A stretch of 64,000 nucleotides of DNA, taken from NCBI RefSeq assembly GCF_009914755.1, contig NC_060925.1, one strand, 5' to 3'. Below the pieces are notes generated by a model. It saw only the letters and a list, made by a program, of their open reading frames with translations, was not told the DNA's origin and did not search any database. Source of the DNA: the human T2T-CHM13v2.0 reference genome, Homo sapiens. Numbering within the stretch: position 1 is the stretch's first letter; each line of letters begins with the position of its first letter. The position numbers were made by a program, and so were the translations under genes. This document shows positions 30,124-41,959 of this stretch, one piece after another.

Positions 30124-30199
30124 GGAAGGAAGGAAGGAAGGAAAGAAGGAAAGAAGGAAGGGAGGAAGGAAGGAAAGAAAGAAGGAAGGAAGGAAGGAA
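30124..30199 (+). repeat. Imperfect (GGAA)n microsatellite
   Basis: Read directly from the sequence. Confidence 0.95.
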
Positions 30200-30639
30200 C
30201 CTGTGGATATGCCCATGTCCAATGGCTCATGGCTGCAGATGATCAGCCATGTATTGAGATTAAGCCTGTGGTTTTCTCTGCAGGGGTAATTAGCTCCCCT
30301 GGGGAGTCACATTATTGACCTTGCATTTATTGGTATCCCTTGATCTAATCAGAACTAACAGCACAGATAAAAAGGGAAGTGAGAACCATTAAGCAGGTGA
30401 TTGTGTGGGGTAAAGACCACAAAGATTCCTCCCATCATTTACCTGAAAGTGTCAACCTTGACTTTCACATTCTACGATTTGGGAAATGTAGGGTCTGTAA
30501 TATTCATAAAACCCTAAATTATGAAGAAAATTCATACTAATAAAAATTCAAAATTAAATGAAACAAAAAGAAATGCTACATTACATAGTGGTATCTCAAT
30601 TTCCTTATTTGCTTCCCATTCTGTCTTCCCTGCCCAAAA

Positions 30640-31130
30640 TAGTCCATTCATTCTATCATTATTGAAACAAGCCTTCTTAAACATTTCAATGGCTCTTCAT
30701 CATCCTCATTATTAAATCCAAATTTCCTACAACTCACACTTTATAAATTGGCCTCTACCATCCCAGCCATGATAAATAATGCCATGCCTTCACTCGCCCC
30801 TTCACCTCTGTATATGCTTTTCTTTCTACCTAGCACACCTCTCCACCCATCACCTATGCCTAGTCATCCTCCAGGTTTTAGCATATATATCACTTTATCT
30901 AGGAAGTTTTGTCTGACTTCCCAAATATGGGTTAGATTTGCCTCCCTCATTCTTATAACACACTCTCTATTTCCCTTTAAAAAATTGTAGTACATGTAAT
31001 TTACTTGTTCATATGCCCCACAGACAAGAAGCTACTATATGGGGAAAACTATTGTATTCATGTAGTCATGTATGCACCACGACTGGCATATAGTAGGTGC
31101 TCATTAAATAATTTTTGCTAAATGAGTGAA
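30640..31130 (+). mobile_element. L2 3' fragment
   Basis: Ends gactggcatatagtaggtgctcattaaata...aaatgagtgaa. Confidence 0.65.
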
Positions 31131-31149
31131 CTGATAAGTTTCTAGAACT

Positions 31150-31275
31150 TGTAAATGATCTAAGTCTAATGACAACTCTACATGTTTATGTTATTTAATA
31201 TTTAAATGAGCACATTCACATCTCATTATCTCATTTAACTCTTAAAACAACCCAGTGTAGCAGGACAGGTACTAA
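31150..31275 (-). mobile_element. MIR fragment (remainder probably at ~35300-35390)
   Basis: cattatctcatttaactcttaaaacaaccc core. Confidence 0.55.
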
Positions 31276-31284
31276 TCAAACACT

Positions 31285-31910
31285 GTCGATTGTCCACTCA
31301 ATAGCCACATCATTTCTCTTTTGTACTGGCAGGAGCCCTGGTTTTCTTCTAGAGCTCATTTTCCTCTAAGTAACCAGAATTAATACTGATTGGCTTGAAG
31401 TAATGTGGTGACTGTGGCAGCCTGTTTCCATAGAAGACAGTCTGAGGCAAGGGTTAAGTGCTATTTTGGGGAGGTGCATTGCAAGGCCTAGGGAGTGAAG
31501 GAAGGAGGCAGTGAGACAGGTAATAATGAGAAGTAAACAAAAATTGATGCTTTTCCAGGTTGCCACCATTTCGCAAAGTGAAACAAATTCACTCAGCTAC
31601 TTGAGATGTCTTTAGACAAGCTACATCAAAAATCCATGCTTCAGAACAGCCTATCACAGGGGAAAGAGAAAAGGAATTTTTCCACAAGTCTCTTACCACT
31701 CTCTGTCTCCCACTAGTAAATGTTTGCCCCATTAAAAAAGTAACTGCTAATATGGTGCGTCTTCTAAGTGCAGAAGTGATGGGAATAGCCAAAGACTTAG
31801 CAAAGTGGTGTTCACTTGCACAGAACTGGCCCAGGGTGCTGTAGCTCCAGCAGCAGCTGCAATGGTGCAAACATCCAAAGGCCCAGGAGACAAGAGAATA
31901 GGAAGACATT
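31285..31910. mobile_element. Decayed old LTR fragments (MLT1-like then ERVL LTR16/33-like)
   Basis: Weak similarity (agtctgaggcaaggg...tttgggaggtg...gagtgaaggg). The MLT1-like sequence seems to resume at 35140-35270. Confidence 0.35.
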
Positions 31911-32022
31911 CATGAGATAGGGCAGATACAGTGGTAATTCCAGAGGTAGCTTAAGTGCTGGGATGTGGGAAGTCTGCTGGCCAAGGGGGAATGGTATGGT
32001 AAAAGCTTACAGAGACATTCTT

Positions 32023-34911
32023 TTATTATTATTATTATTATACTTTAAGTTTTAGGGTACATGTGCACAATGTGCAGGTTAGTTACATATGTATACATGT
32101 GCCATGCTGGTGTGCTGCACCCATTAACTCATCATTTAGCATTAGGTATATCTCCTAAAGCTATCCCTCCCCCATCCCCGCAACCCACAACAGTCCCCAG
32201 AGTGTGATGTTCCCCTTCCTGTGTCCATGTGTTCTCATTGTTCAATTCCCACCTATGAGTGAGAATATGCGGTGTTTGGTTTTTTGTTCCTGTGATAGTT
32301 TACTGAGAATGATGATTTCCAGTTTCATCCATGTCCCTACAAAGGACATGAACTCATCATTTCTTATGGCTGCATAGTATTCCATGGTGTATATGTGCCA
32401 CATTTTCTTAATCCAGTCTATCATTGTTGGACATCTGGGTTGGTTCCAAGTCTTTGCTATTGTGAATAGTGCCCCAATAAACATACATGTGCATGTGTCT
32501 TTATAGCAGCATGATTTATAGTCCTTTGGGTATACACCCAGTAATGGATGGCTGGGTCAAATGGTATTTCTAGTTCTAGATCCCTGAGGAATCGCCACAC
32601 TGACTTCCACAAGGGTTGAACTAGTTTACAGTCCCACCAACAGTGTAAAAGTATTCCTATTTCTCCACATCCTCTCCAGCACCTGTTGTTTCCTGACTTT
32701 TTAATGATTGTCATTCTAACAGGTGTGAGATGGTATCTCATTGTGGTTTTGATTTGCATTTCTCTGATGGCCAGTGGTGGTGAGCATTTTTTCATGTCTT
32801 TTTTGGCTGCATAAATGTCTTCTTTTGAGAAGTCTCTGTTCATGTCCTTCGCCCACTTTTGGGGCAGGGCACAGACAAACAAAAAGACAGCAGTAACCTC
32901 TGCAGACTTAAGTGTCCCTGTCTGACAGCTTTGAAGAGAGCAGTGGTTCTCCCAGCACACAGCTGGAGATCTGAGAACGGGCAGACTGCCTCCTCAAGTG
33001 GGTCCCTGACCCCTGACCCCTGAGCAGCCTAACTGGGAGGCACCCCCCAGTAGGGGCAGACTGACACCTCACACGGCCGGGTACTCCTCTGAGACAAAAC
33101 TTCCAGAGGAACGAGCAGACAGCAGCATTTGCAGTTCATGAAAATCTGCTGTTCTGCAGCCACCGCTGCTGGTACCCAGGCAAACAGGGTCTGGAGTGGA
33201 CCTCTAGCAAACTCCAACAGACCTGCAGCTGAGGGTCCTGACTGTTAGAAGGAAAACTAATAAACAGAAAGGACATCCACACCAAAAACCCATCTGTACA
33301 TCACCATCATCAAAGACCAAAAGTAGATAAAACCACAAAGATGGGGAAAAAACAGAGCAGAAAAACTGGAAACTCTAAAAAGCAGAGCGCCTCTCCTCCT
33401 CCAAAGGAACGCAGTTCCTCATTGGCAACGGAACAAAGCTGGACGGAGAATGACTTTGACGAGTTGAGAGAAGAAGGCTTCAGACGATCAAACTACTCTG
33501 AGCTATAGGAGGAAATTCAAACCAAAGGCAAAGAAGTTGAAAACTTTGAAAAAAATTTAGACGAATGTATAACTAGAATAACCAATACAGAGAATTGCTT
33601 AAAGGAACTGATGGAGCTGAAAGCCAAGGCTCGAGAACTACGTGAAGAATGCAGAAGCCTCAGGAGCTGATGCGATCAACTGGAAGAAAGGGTATCAGTG
33701 ATGGAAGATGAAATGAATGAAATGAAGCAAGAAGGGAAGTTTAGAGAAAAAAGAACAAAAAGAAACGAACAAAGCCTCCAAGAAATATGGGACTATGTGG
33801 AAAGACCAAATCTACATCTGATTGGTGTACCTGAAAGTGATGGGGAGAATGGAACCAAGTTGGAAAATACTCGGCAGGATATTATCCAAGAGAACTTCCC
33901 CAATCTAGCAAGGCAGGCCAACGTTCAGATTCAGGAAATACAGAGAATGCCACAAAGATACTCCTTGAGAAGAGCAACTCCAAGACACATAATTGTCAGA
34001 TTCACCAAAGTTGAAATGAAGGAAAAAATGTTAAGGGCAGCCGGAGAGAAAGGTCGGGTTACCCACAAAGGGAAGCCCATCAGACTAACAGCGGATCTCT
34101 CGGCAGAAACTCTACAAGCCAGAAGCAGTGGGGGCCAATATTCAACATTCTTAAAGAAAAGAATTTTCAACCCAGAATTTCATATCCAGCCAAACTAAGC
34201 TTCATAAGTGAAGGAGAAATAAAATCCTTTACAGACAAGCAAATGCTGAGAGTTTTTGTCACCACGAGGCCTGCCCTAAAAGAGCTCCTGAAGGAAGCAC
34301 TAAACATGGAAAGGAACAACCGGTACCAGCCGCTGCAAAATCATGCCAAATTGTAAAGACCATCGAGGCTAGGAAGAAACTGCATCAACTAACGAGCAAA
34401 ATAACCAGCTAACATCATAATGACAGGATCAACTTCACACATAACAATATTAACTTTAAAGGTAAATGGACTAAATGCTCCAATTAAAAGACACAGACTG
34501 GCAAATTGGATAAAGAGTCAAGACCCATCAGTGTGCTGTATTCAGGAAACCCATCTCACATGCAGAGACACACATAGGCTCAAAATAAAAGGATGGAGGA
34601 AGATCTACCAAGCAAATGGAAAACAAAAAAAAGGCAGGGGTTGCAATCCTAGTCTCTGATAAAACAGACTTTAAGCAAACAAAGATCAAAAGAGACAAAG
34701 AAGGCCATTACATAATGGTAAAGGGATCATTTCAACAAGAAGAGCTAACTATCCTAAATATATATGCACCCAATACAGGAGCACCCAGATTCATAAAGCA
34801 AGTCCTGAGTGACCTACAAAGAGACTTAGACTCCCACACAATAATAATGGGAGACTTTAACACCCCACTGTCAACATTAGACAGATCAACGAGACAGAAA
34901 GTTAACAAGGA
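32023..34911 (-). mobile_element. L1PA3-like LINE-1 with 5' inversion (twin priming): sense 3' end 32023-32860 on the minus strand; inverted 5'UTR, ORF1 and ORF2-EN segment 32861-34911 reading on the plus strand
   Basis: Perfect 15-bp TSD tacagagacattctt (32008-32022 / 34912-34926), endonuclease site TTCTT/AAAA, L1PA3-type 3'UTR, and a strand switch at 32860/32861. Confidence 0.93.
33341..34356 (+). pseudogene. Disrupted L1 ORF1 (ORF1p)
   Basis: MGKKQSRKTGNSKKQSASPPPKERSSS start, TAG at codon 56, a further TGA, and a frameshift near 34125. Confidence 0.9.
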
Positions 34912-34914
34912 TAC
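34420..34914 (+). pseudogene. Truncated, frameshifted L1 ORF2 endonuclease N-terminus
   Basis: MTGSTSHITILTLKVNGLNAPIKRHRLANW...IIMGDFNTPLSTLDRSTRQKVNKDT, with a frameshift in an A-run at ~34630. Confidence 0.9.
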
Positions 34915-34953
34915 AGAGACATTCTTAAAAACACTAGTGAAATATATTGCATA

Positions 34954-35101
34954 TTGTATTTCACTAATCAGGTAACTAAGAATGCATTTTACAACCAATA
35001 GTGTGTCTTAATCTAATTGGTTGTGCTATTTCTTTCACAGTGGTATACAAAACAATGGTGCATTTTATAGTCAATGACATCTTAGACTCTGTGAAATACA
35101 G
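34954..35101 (+). mobile_element. MER104-like TcMar MITE
   Basis: gtatttca...tttctttcacagtggtatacaaaacaatggtgcatttt...catcttagactctgtgaaatacag. Confidence 0.6.
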
Positions 35102-37920
35102 TACTCCTGTGGTGGCCTTCAGACCAACACAGCCCTTCATAACGTGTAATTATGTAATGCAAGGGGCTGCAACAGCCTTCCTACAACCATGAAAGGATCT
35201 AACCTAACAGTCTGAGGCTAACAGAGCAAAAATATGGAAAGTATCTATGTCTTTTTAGTGATATTTTTCCCCATCTGACAGATTAACAAACTGAAAATAG
35301 AGAGCTGATGTTCTTTTCCAGAGCCTCATAGGTGGTTAAACAATGGAGCTGAGACTTTAACCTAAGACCTTGGTGTTCTTTCCCATACAACTTCGACATG
35401 GTGTTCAAAGTCCGTCACAACTGGCCTGTTTACAGCCCTATCTGTTAATCTCTTCCCACAGGTCTGTCCTGTTCTCTATATATAAAACTTGAGGTTTCCT
35501 GAAAGCAGTCCATTTTCTCATGTTTCTCCACTTTCAACGTTTTAGAAAATCTGGCAAAAAACATAGTAAAGAGTATGTCTCACTAAAGATTTATTATGAA
35601 GAAAGTATAGAGATCTGGTGCCTTATCTCCAATCTTTTAGGATTCAGTATATGGTATATGCAGAGTAATACCATCTTTCCCTAAAAACATCTTGCTGCCA
35701 CCACCAAAAACAAAATACCAGGTGCATGCAGACGTGCTACTCAAGCAATGAAACCACATCAGGTCCACACCCATCAGAACAGGTTCAGTGGATCCACACT
35801 AGCCAGTGTGTATCAGCTAAGCACCATTCTTCAACCAACCCTGGCTGCATATAGCCCCTGAGCCCCAAAGGTGCCCACACTCATGTTCACAGCTACCCAG
35901 TGACTCTCCCTCAAGCACCTCTAACATGTTTACGTTGACTGGCTTTGGCTGATGCTACTTGCACTTTCAAGTATTTCAGCCAGGTAAATTACTAAATTTC
36001 AATGGGAGTGTGAAAACTGGAAAACAATGGCTCTATAATAATTCAAGCCCATTTTAATAGCACTTGATTGCCAACATGGTCAAGCATCAGAATAAAAATC
36101 CAAAATATCCAGAGAAATCTATGCTGAAGCAACTTAATGACACAATAGGTTACTGCTCAAATGAAAGAGGATCCAGAAAAAAGAAAACCCACTAGGGCAT
36201 GAAAACAGTCTACAGAAACAAAGCAGCTGTTTTCTGCATGTGGGTGCCTCCAGCATTTGTGAATCTGCAGTCAGCTGTGAATACGCTGGGTGCCATTTCC
36301 CATCTTCACCAGAGGAGGCTGCATGGTTTAATGTTCCCAAGTCAAGGGAGCAACCTGTAGGAGCAAATTTAATAAGACAATATCCCCAACATGTCCATCA
36401 TCCTCCAAGCAACTTAGCAATCATTATCTTTTTTCTTTTTACATTCTAGCATTACGTGACACTTATCTTTGATGGGAAGAGAAAAATTGCATACATTTAG
36501 GGATCCCCTCTCAATAAATGGCTCAGGATGGAAATTAAGCCAAAGACTTCATGTCTTAATACTCCAAATTAGCATCCTCAAGGAAGTCTGACTTAGAGAA
36601 CCCAGACCATTCGACAGTTCCAGTTTTCTCTTTTCCTATGGTCCCTCTCTCTTAAGTGGGAGCCTGGGGTCAGGATGTGGCAAACATACTCCCCCTATCT
36701 TACCTTTCTCACAGTTCTCCAATGTCACACCATAAAGTAAACATTTATGCATATGTACAAGGGGTGCTGCAAGCCACCTGCAGGAAGGTTTACAAAATTC
36801 GGTCTTCCTAAGAGATAAATCGCAGGTATTTAGTTCATTATGTTCTAAGCAGAACCGAGGGGGAAAGAGTGAGAATATGATAGTGATTGTAAGTGCACCT
36901 AGGGTCCTTTGCTGTGTGGGAGCTGCCAAGTGAAGAAATATATTAGTCTTGCTTTTCTGTTAGCCTCCTCATGAAGTAATCACTTAAATGGATTCTCAGA
37001 GTTCAGGGGAATTGGAAGACCAGCTGTAATAAGAGAAATACCTTGAATTTTCTTCCAAGGCACTCCGACGGCTTTGCAGACATTATTACATTTACCAGCC
37101 TTCCCTGGTCTCTGTGCTTCCATCCAAAAAAGATGTCAGCTTCATGAGGGAGGAAATCTGCCCTTACATACAAGAAAAAATGAAAGCAGAGCTTCTGAGA
37201 CTTGTCGTGTATGGTTCCCGTGGCTTCCAGGGCCCAGGATTCTGAAATACCAGTCACTCTGCATATTTCAGTATTTTAGAGTACTCATTCCAGGAACCTG
37301 AAGGGGCGACAGCAGTGTTGATCCCCAAACTCCCTCTCCAAAAGGAAAACATTTGGAGGTCAACTTAAATGCCAGCCTCTTCTTTCCCCACTCCTGCTCC
37401 CCACAGCTCTGCACACATACACCCTTGGGTAGCTCTGAGTTATTTTGGGCTTCAACCTCATCTGCCTTTCACATTAGATTCAGCGTTAATTATGATGCTT
37501 CAGTGAAAACGAGCCTTCTGACAGTCTCAAGCTTGGAGAATGGAAGGAGAAATAATGGCAGCTCCAATTATAGGCGGTAAGCCCTAATTAATGCCCACCT
37601 CCTGTGCTTGGTATTCTAGACACAATCACCCCACCACTAGGGGGAAGAACTCAATTCACTCTATGGCACAGGGACCAACAATATTAAGCCAGTTACTTGC
37701 TGGTCCCCACGGAACATGATCTTTCAAGCAAGGAAACGATTTATGTGCAATAACCAGGAGGAACACATAACCCTGCATTTCTCCTTTTAAACTGTCTTTT
37801 GACATTCTTGTGGCACACCTTCTTTTAGGAGACAAAGAATAGACCCTTTTAGAAACCCAAAATCTATTTCCTTTGTTGGTTCTAGACCTCAAATCAATCA
37901 AACAACCAAATATGTGTAAT

Positions 37921-38020
37921 CATATATATACACACACACATATATATACATATATACACGCATATACACACACACACACACATAGACACATATGTATACA
38001 CACACATATAATGTATGTAT
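37921..38020. repeat. Imperfect (CA/TA)n dinucleotide tract
   Basis: Read directly from the sequence. Confidence 0.9.
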
Positions 38021-38779
38021 ATGACTTAAGCACTCTAATTTGCTCTGTGAGAAATATGAAGGGTGTAAAATCTCATTTCTCCTCTGAGAAATATGTGGTA
38101 CCACAAACCTCACTAAATCAGAATGTCTTCTGGGAAAGTAATACTTCCCTGCTGCTTTCTGAAGGACTTCAGCAATTAAATTTGCAGGGAGTAAATTCAA
38201 ACGAAGAACAAGACTGCCATACAGCTCCTGACTGGAGCCCTATTTAAAGCATTAAGCTGCCCAAGTTTGCAGTGACTTCTACCCCTCTACCTCTCAGCCT
38301 GCATCCTCTTTCTTATCTGCAGCTTCTAGTCCACCCATTCCATTCAATGTGGTTCCACAAATGGTCACTGAGGGCCCTGGGCCAGGAGCTGAACAAATAT
38401 AAAGTGAGTCATAATCCTGCTCCCTTCACTCTGGTGCTCAATGGAATCTACTATATATGTCTTCGTATCACTCGCCATCACCAGATTGTGCATTCCTCAA
38501 AGGCAAGTATTATGTCATATTCACCTCTGGATCCTTGGATCCAAATTCAGAGCCCCACACTCATGAGCTCAACAAATGGCAAATGAATTAGGAAATGAAT
38601 GAATAAATAAATTAGAGCAAATTTAGCAGGCTAAATGATTTCGGCCTCCTCCTAGCATCCTCCAAGAACATCTACAGGGCATGCCCAGGCCATCTCCCTA
38701 TCAGAGATTTTCTCTTAGTATTCTCCTTGAAGTGGTCTTCTTCCCCTAACTCACCCTTTAGTCCTAATTTACTTACCCA

Positions 38780-38975
38780 CACTTAACAGTGGTCTGAAGT
38801 TAGCCTGCCTGTTCATATGCCTACTTGATTGTTGTCTATCTAACTAGAAAATAAATTTGAAGAGGTCACAGACTTGTCTGATTTGCCTGTATCCTTGGCA
38901 TTTAGCACAGTGTTTAACATAAAGAAAGAAATCAATATTTCATAAATGAATGGATGATTGAATAAGTGATTAAAT
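38780..38975 (+). mobile_element. L2 3' end
   Basis: gtatccttggcatttagcacagtg...atcaatattt...aaatgaatggatga. Confidence 0.6.
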
Positions 38976-39170
38976 GGAGAATCACACATCAAATTAATGT
39001 GTAAGGATATCAGAACTATGAGAAAAGTTAACATAGCCTAATATTTAATCCATTAAGTAATATTTGTAGGTAGGGAGGATAGGACACTGCTAAGAAAAGT
39101 GGATATAAAGATAAATAAGACATTGACTTGAACCTCAAAGAATGCACAGTTTAATAGGGACCAAAAAACA

Positions 39171-39206
39171 GGCACGCGCACACACACACACACACGCACA
39201 CACACA
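39171..39206. repeat. (CA)n/(CG) alternating purine-pyrimidine tract
   Basis: gcacgcgcacacacacacacacgcacacacaca. Confidence 0.9.
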
Positions 39207-39643
39207 TTCCATTTTAAGAACTCTTACAATAAAGCAAATTAAGACACTGGAGATTAAGTCACTAGGAGACATAAAATGGTTTAAATCTCAAGGGGCATAT
39301 TACGCCAGTAGAGAGACTGATGGATACATGAAAAGGTAACTAATAGTATCTAACGCCATTTGATACCAGCCATGTGAATCAGAATCTCATAGATCACAAA
39401 AGGGAATGATTATCATCATCGCCTTTAAATGGTTCAAAGACTCTCTTCTTCCTCCGCCACTGTCAAAGGGGCAGACTTGGCCTACAATCAGTAAGAAGGT
39501 GGTCCTGCTGATAGCTCTATAAGCATCAATGTGCAGGTAATAGCAGGAGGAGGGAAATTATTCATCCCACTCAACTATTCAAAAGAGGCTGCTTTTAACC
39601 TTTATGTTCTTCAGAGCACTTAACATGCCACTAGTTTGCAATA

Positions 39644-41672
39644 AATTACAATTAGTAAAAACAGCATCATTATTCTGGGTTTTATTATTAGAGGCATTAA
39701 TTTTTAATGTTTACTATACTCAAATATGTGTAGAAGCCTCGAAATGTATTTAATAACAACTTCCACCTTCCGAGCTCTAGTGATGGTCTAGTGGGATTTA
39801 ACCAAACTCTACCACATTTAATGTTCTGAGCAGAATGAGGCAGCCAGAAAGAATAGGAAAGTGAGGGGGAAAGCTCTGAGCTGAGAAGGAATGTATGCTC
39901 CAGAGGATCTGAAGCCCATTCGGTCTTTGCCTGGAGGTCAGCAGGGTGCTCTGCAGTTTAGAAAACCTCACCTTGAGCCAGCCTGGCAACGCAGACCCTA
40001 ACAACTCCCAAGGTAAACAGGCTCAGAAAGAACCACTCCATATTTGGAAGTGAACATTCTCAGGGAGCTAGGGAAGAAGCTTTCTGGAGTGAGGAGGTAT
40101 GGAATGGAAGGAAAGAAGACTCTGCCTCTCCTCCACATGTCTCCAGCTATAGGCTATCTTGGGGCTCTGAAGGCTCATGACTTCCACCAGCTCCAGGTTA
40201 GGCTGACAGACCCCCTTCCTCTACTCCCTTCATCAGTCCAGAGTAGGATGAGGGGAGAGGCTTTCCTTTTATCAATATGTCAAGGTGATCAGAGTGAGAA
40301 GCTGGGTCCAGGTTCTACCTAACTCTCTGTGTGGTTTCGGATATGAGTTCCCTTTATTTAAACAATACCTTCTCAACCCCGCCCAGAGGACACCGGCCCC
40401 GAACTCTTGACTCTTGATGATGGTAACTTACCCTATGCAGAAGCTGTGTTGAATTTTTATAAATGGGATTAGGAAGCACCAGTCAGCCTTCAACCTTGGT
40501 GCTTGGCCAAAATCTGCTATTCTGTTTGAACTGTAGCCACTGCAAGGCTAAAAGAAACTGAAGGCCAATGTAAACATCATTTCTGGGACCCCTGGATGTG
40601 GGTGTGATCAGTAATTGTGCAATCGTCTAGGTCACTAGCTTTTCTAGTCAGGGTAACCCTGTCAGCAAAATAAACAAGCCATGTCCTTTGAATTTACTGT
40701 TAACATCTGACTATTTACCTTCAAATATAGAAAGGCATTCCATATGGACCTTGGAGTGAAATTTTATGTGCTTTATGTGTTACAATTATGTCAGTTACAT
40801 TTAAAATATACATTTATTATCACAAGAGTAAAATGCTACACAAATTAATAGTGATTGTGAAAGTTGTTAAATTTATTAACAAAACCAATTATTTAGAACT
40901 TTAAAATTGCAAAATACAAGAAAATTAATGGGGAGTTGATAGGAGTGTATTATCTAGACAACTTTAGGAAGGGCATTGTATCCTTTTTGCAACCACAAAT
41001 GTTTATTACAATGTAAATAACAATTCAAGCAGAGTAATAGAGACTGGATAAAATCATATTTCTAATCTTTGCTAATTTTTTTGAAAATTTAGCATTTATA
41101 ACATTAAACAAAATAATCTTGAAGAAATGTATTTGTGTTTAGTTACTTTCTTTTAGGTCATGATTCCTACTCTGCGACCCAACTCAGCAGAGTATGAGCA
41201 TGGCTTTAGGATGGTAGTTGTACAACACAATCATCTCATAGTCTAGCCAGTGGATAGCAGAGTAGAGAGTTTGTTGCTTCTGCACCATATCGTCAAACTT
41301 TTTTAAAATTTGACTCCTAAAATTTTTATGAATAAAATTTTTGGAATAACGAAATTTTTTTAATAAAATCTGTTTTTTATTCTTGTAACCCAGAAGTTTA
41401 TTCTCTAATGGTAATATTTGGCTTAAGCCAAATTTTTTTTTTTAACACATGACTATTCAGCTTTAGGGCAAAATGCATATTCCATGCATTTCTTGGGCTT
41501 CTCACAGTGACCTCCTCTCTCTGCAGGAACAGGTAACTGCTTGCCAAGGAAGTCTATACAAAGTGCCTAAAACAATTATTAATAAATAACCCCTTCAGTT
41601 AGGTTCCCTAAACTGCTTTCTCACTTAATTACAATTAGTAACAACAGCATCATTATTCTGGATTTCATTATT
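39644..41672 (+). repeat. 46-bp dispersed direct repeat (39644-39689 and 41627-41672)
   Basis: aattacaattagtaa(a/c)aacagcatcattattctgg(g/a)ttt(t/c)attatt; 43 of 46 positions identical. Confidence 0.9.
40700..41400 (+). mobile_element. Possible ancient hAT (Charlie-like) transposase fossil
   Basis: Frameshifted peptides in the expected order: H-x-IITR, VKVVKFI, MGVDRSVL, ISNLANFFENL. Confidence 0.35.
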
Positions 41673-41959
41673 TATCCTTTTAAATTATATTTTTCTTTTA
41701 AAATTATAGTCAGTTGTTTGCTGCCATTATTTTCTGCACACATGGTTTAAGTTTATGTCTTTTCATCATGGGTGGCCACAACCCACAACATGGGAAACAG
41801 TGTGGAAGTGCCGACTCCCTTAGGCTTCTGTCCAGAGCCTTCGCCCTCTGTCCCTGCTCCTACCCAGTTCATGTGCCCAGGCTCTGCCAGCTGTTGTCTC
41901 CTCTTCCTTCATGCAGGTCTGCTGCCCACACAACAGAGAGACTCACCCTTGTAGGGTAG

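Noticed and set aside
30000-30318. Low-complexity ORFs (KEGR/PSFL repeats; also poly-Cys/Leu at 52170-52515 and HT-rich at 37873)
   Set aside because: Translations of microsatellites.
41505-41540. Possible 6-nt microexon ctgcag|GAACAG|gtaact (similar 8-nt case at ~43170-43190)
   Set aside because: No host gene or neighbouring coding exons were identified, and such juxtapositions are expected by chance in 64 kb.
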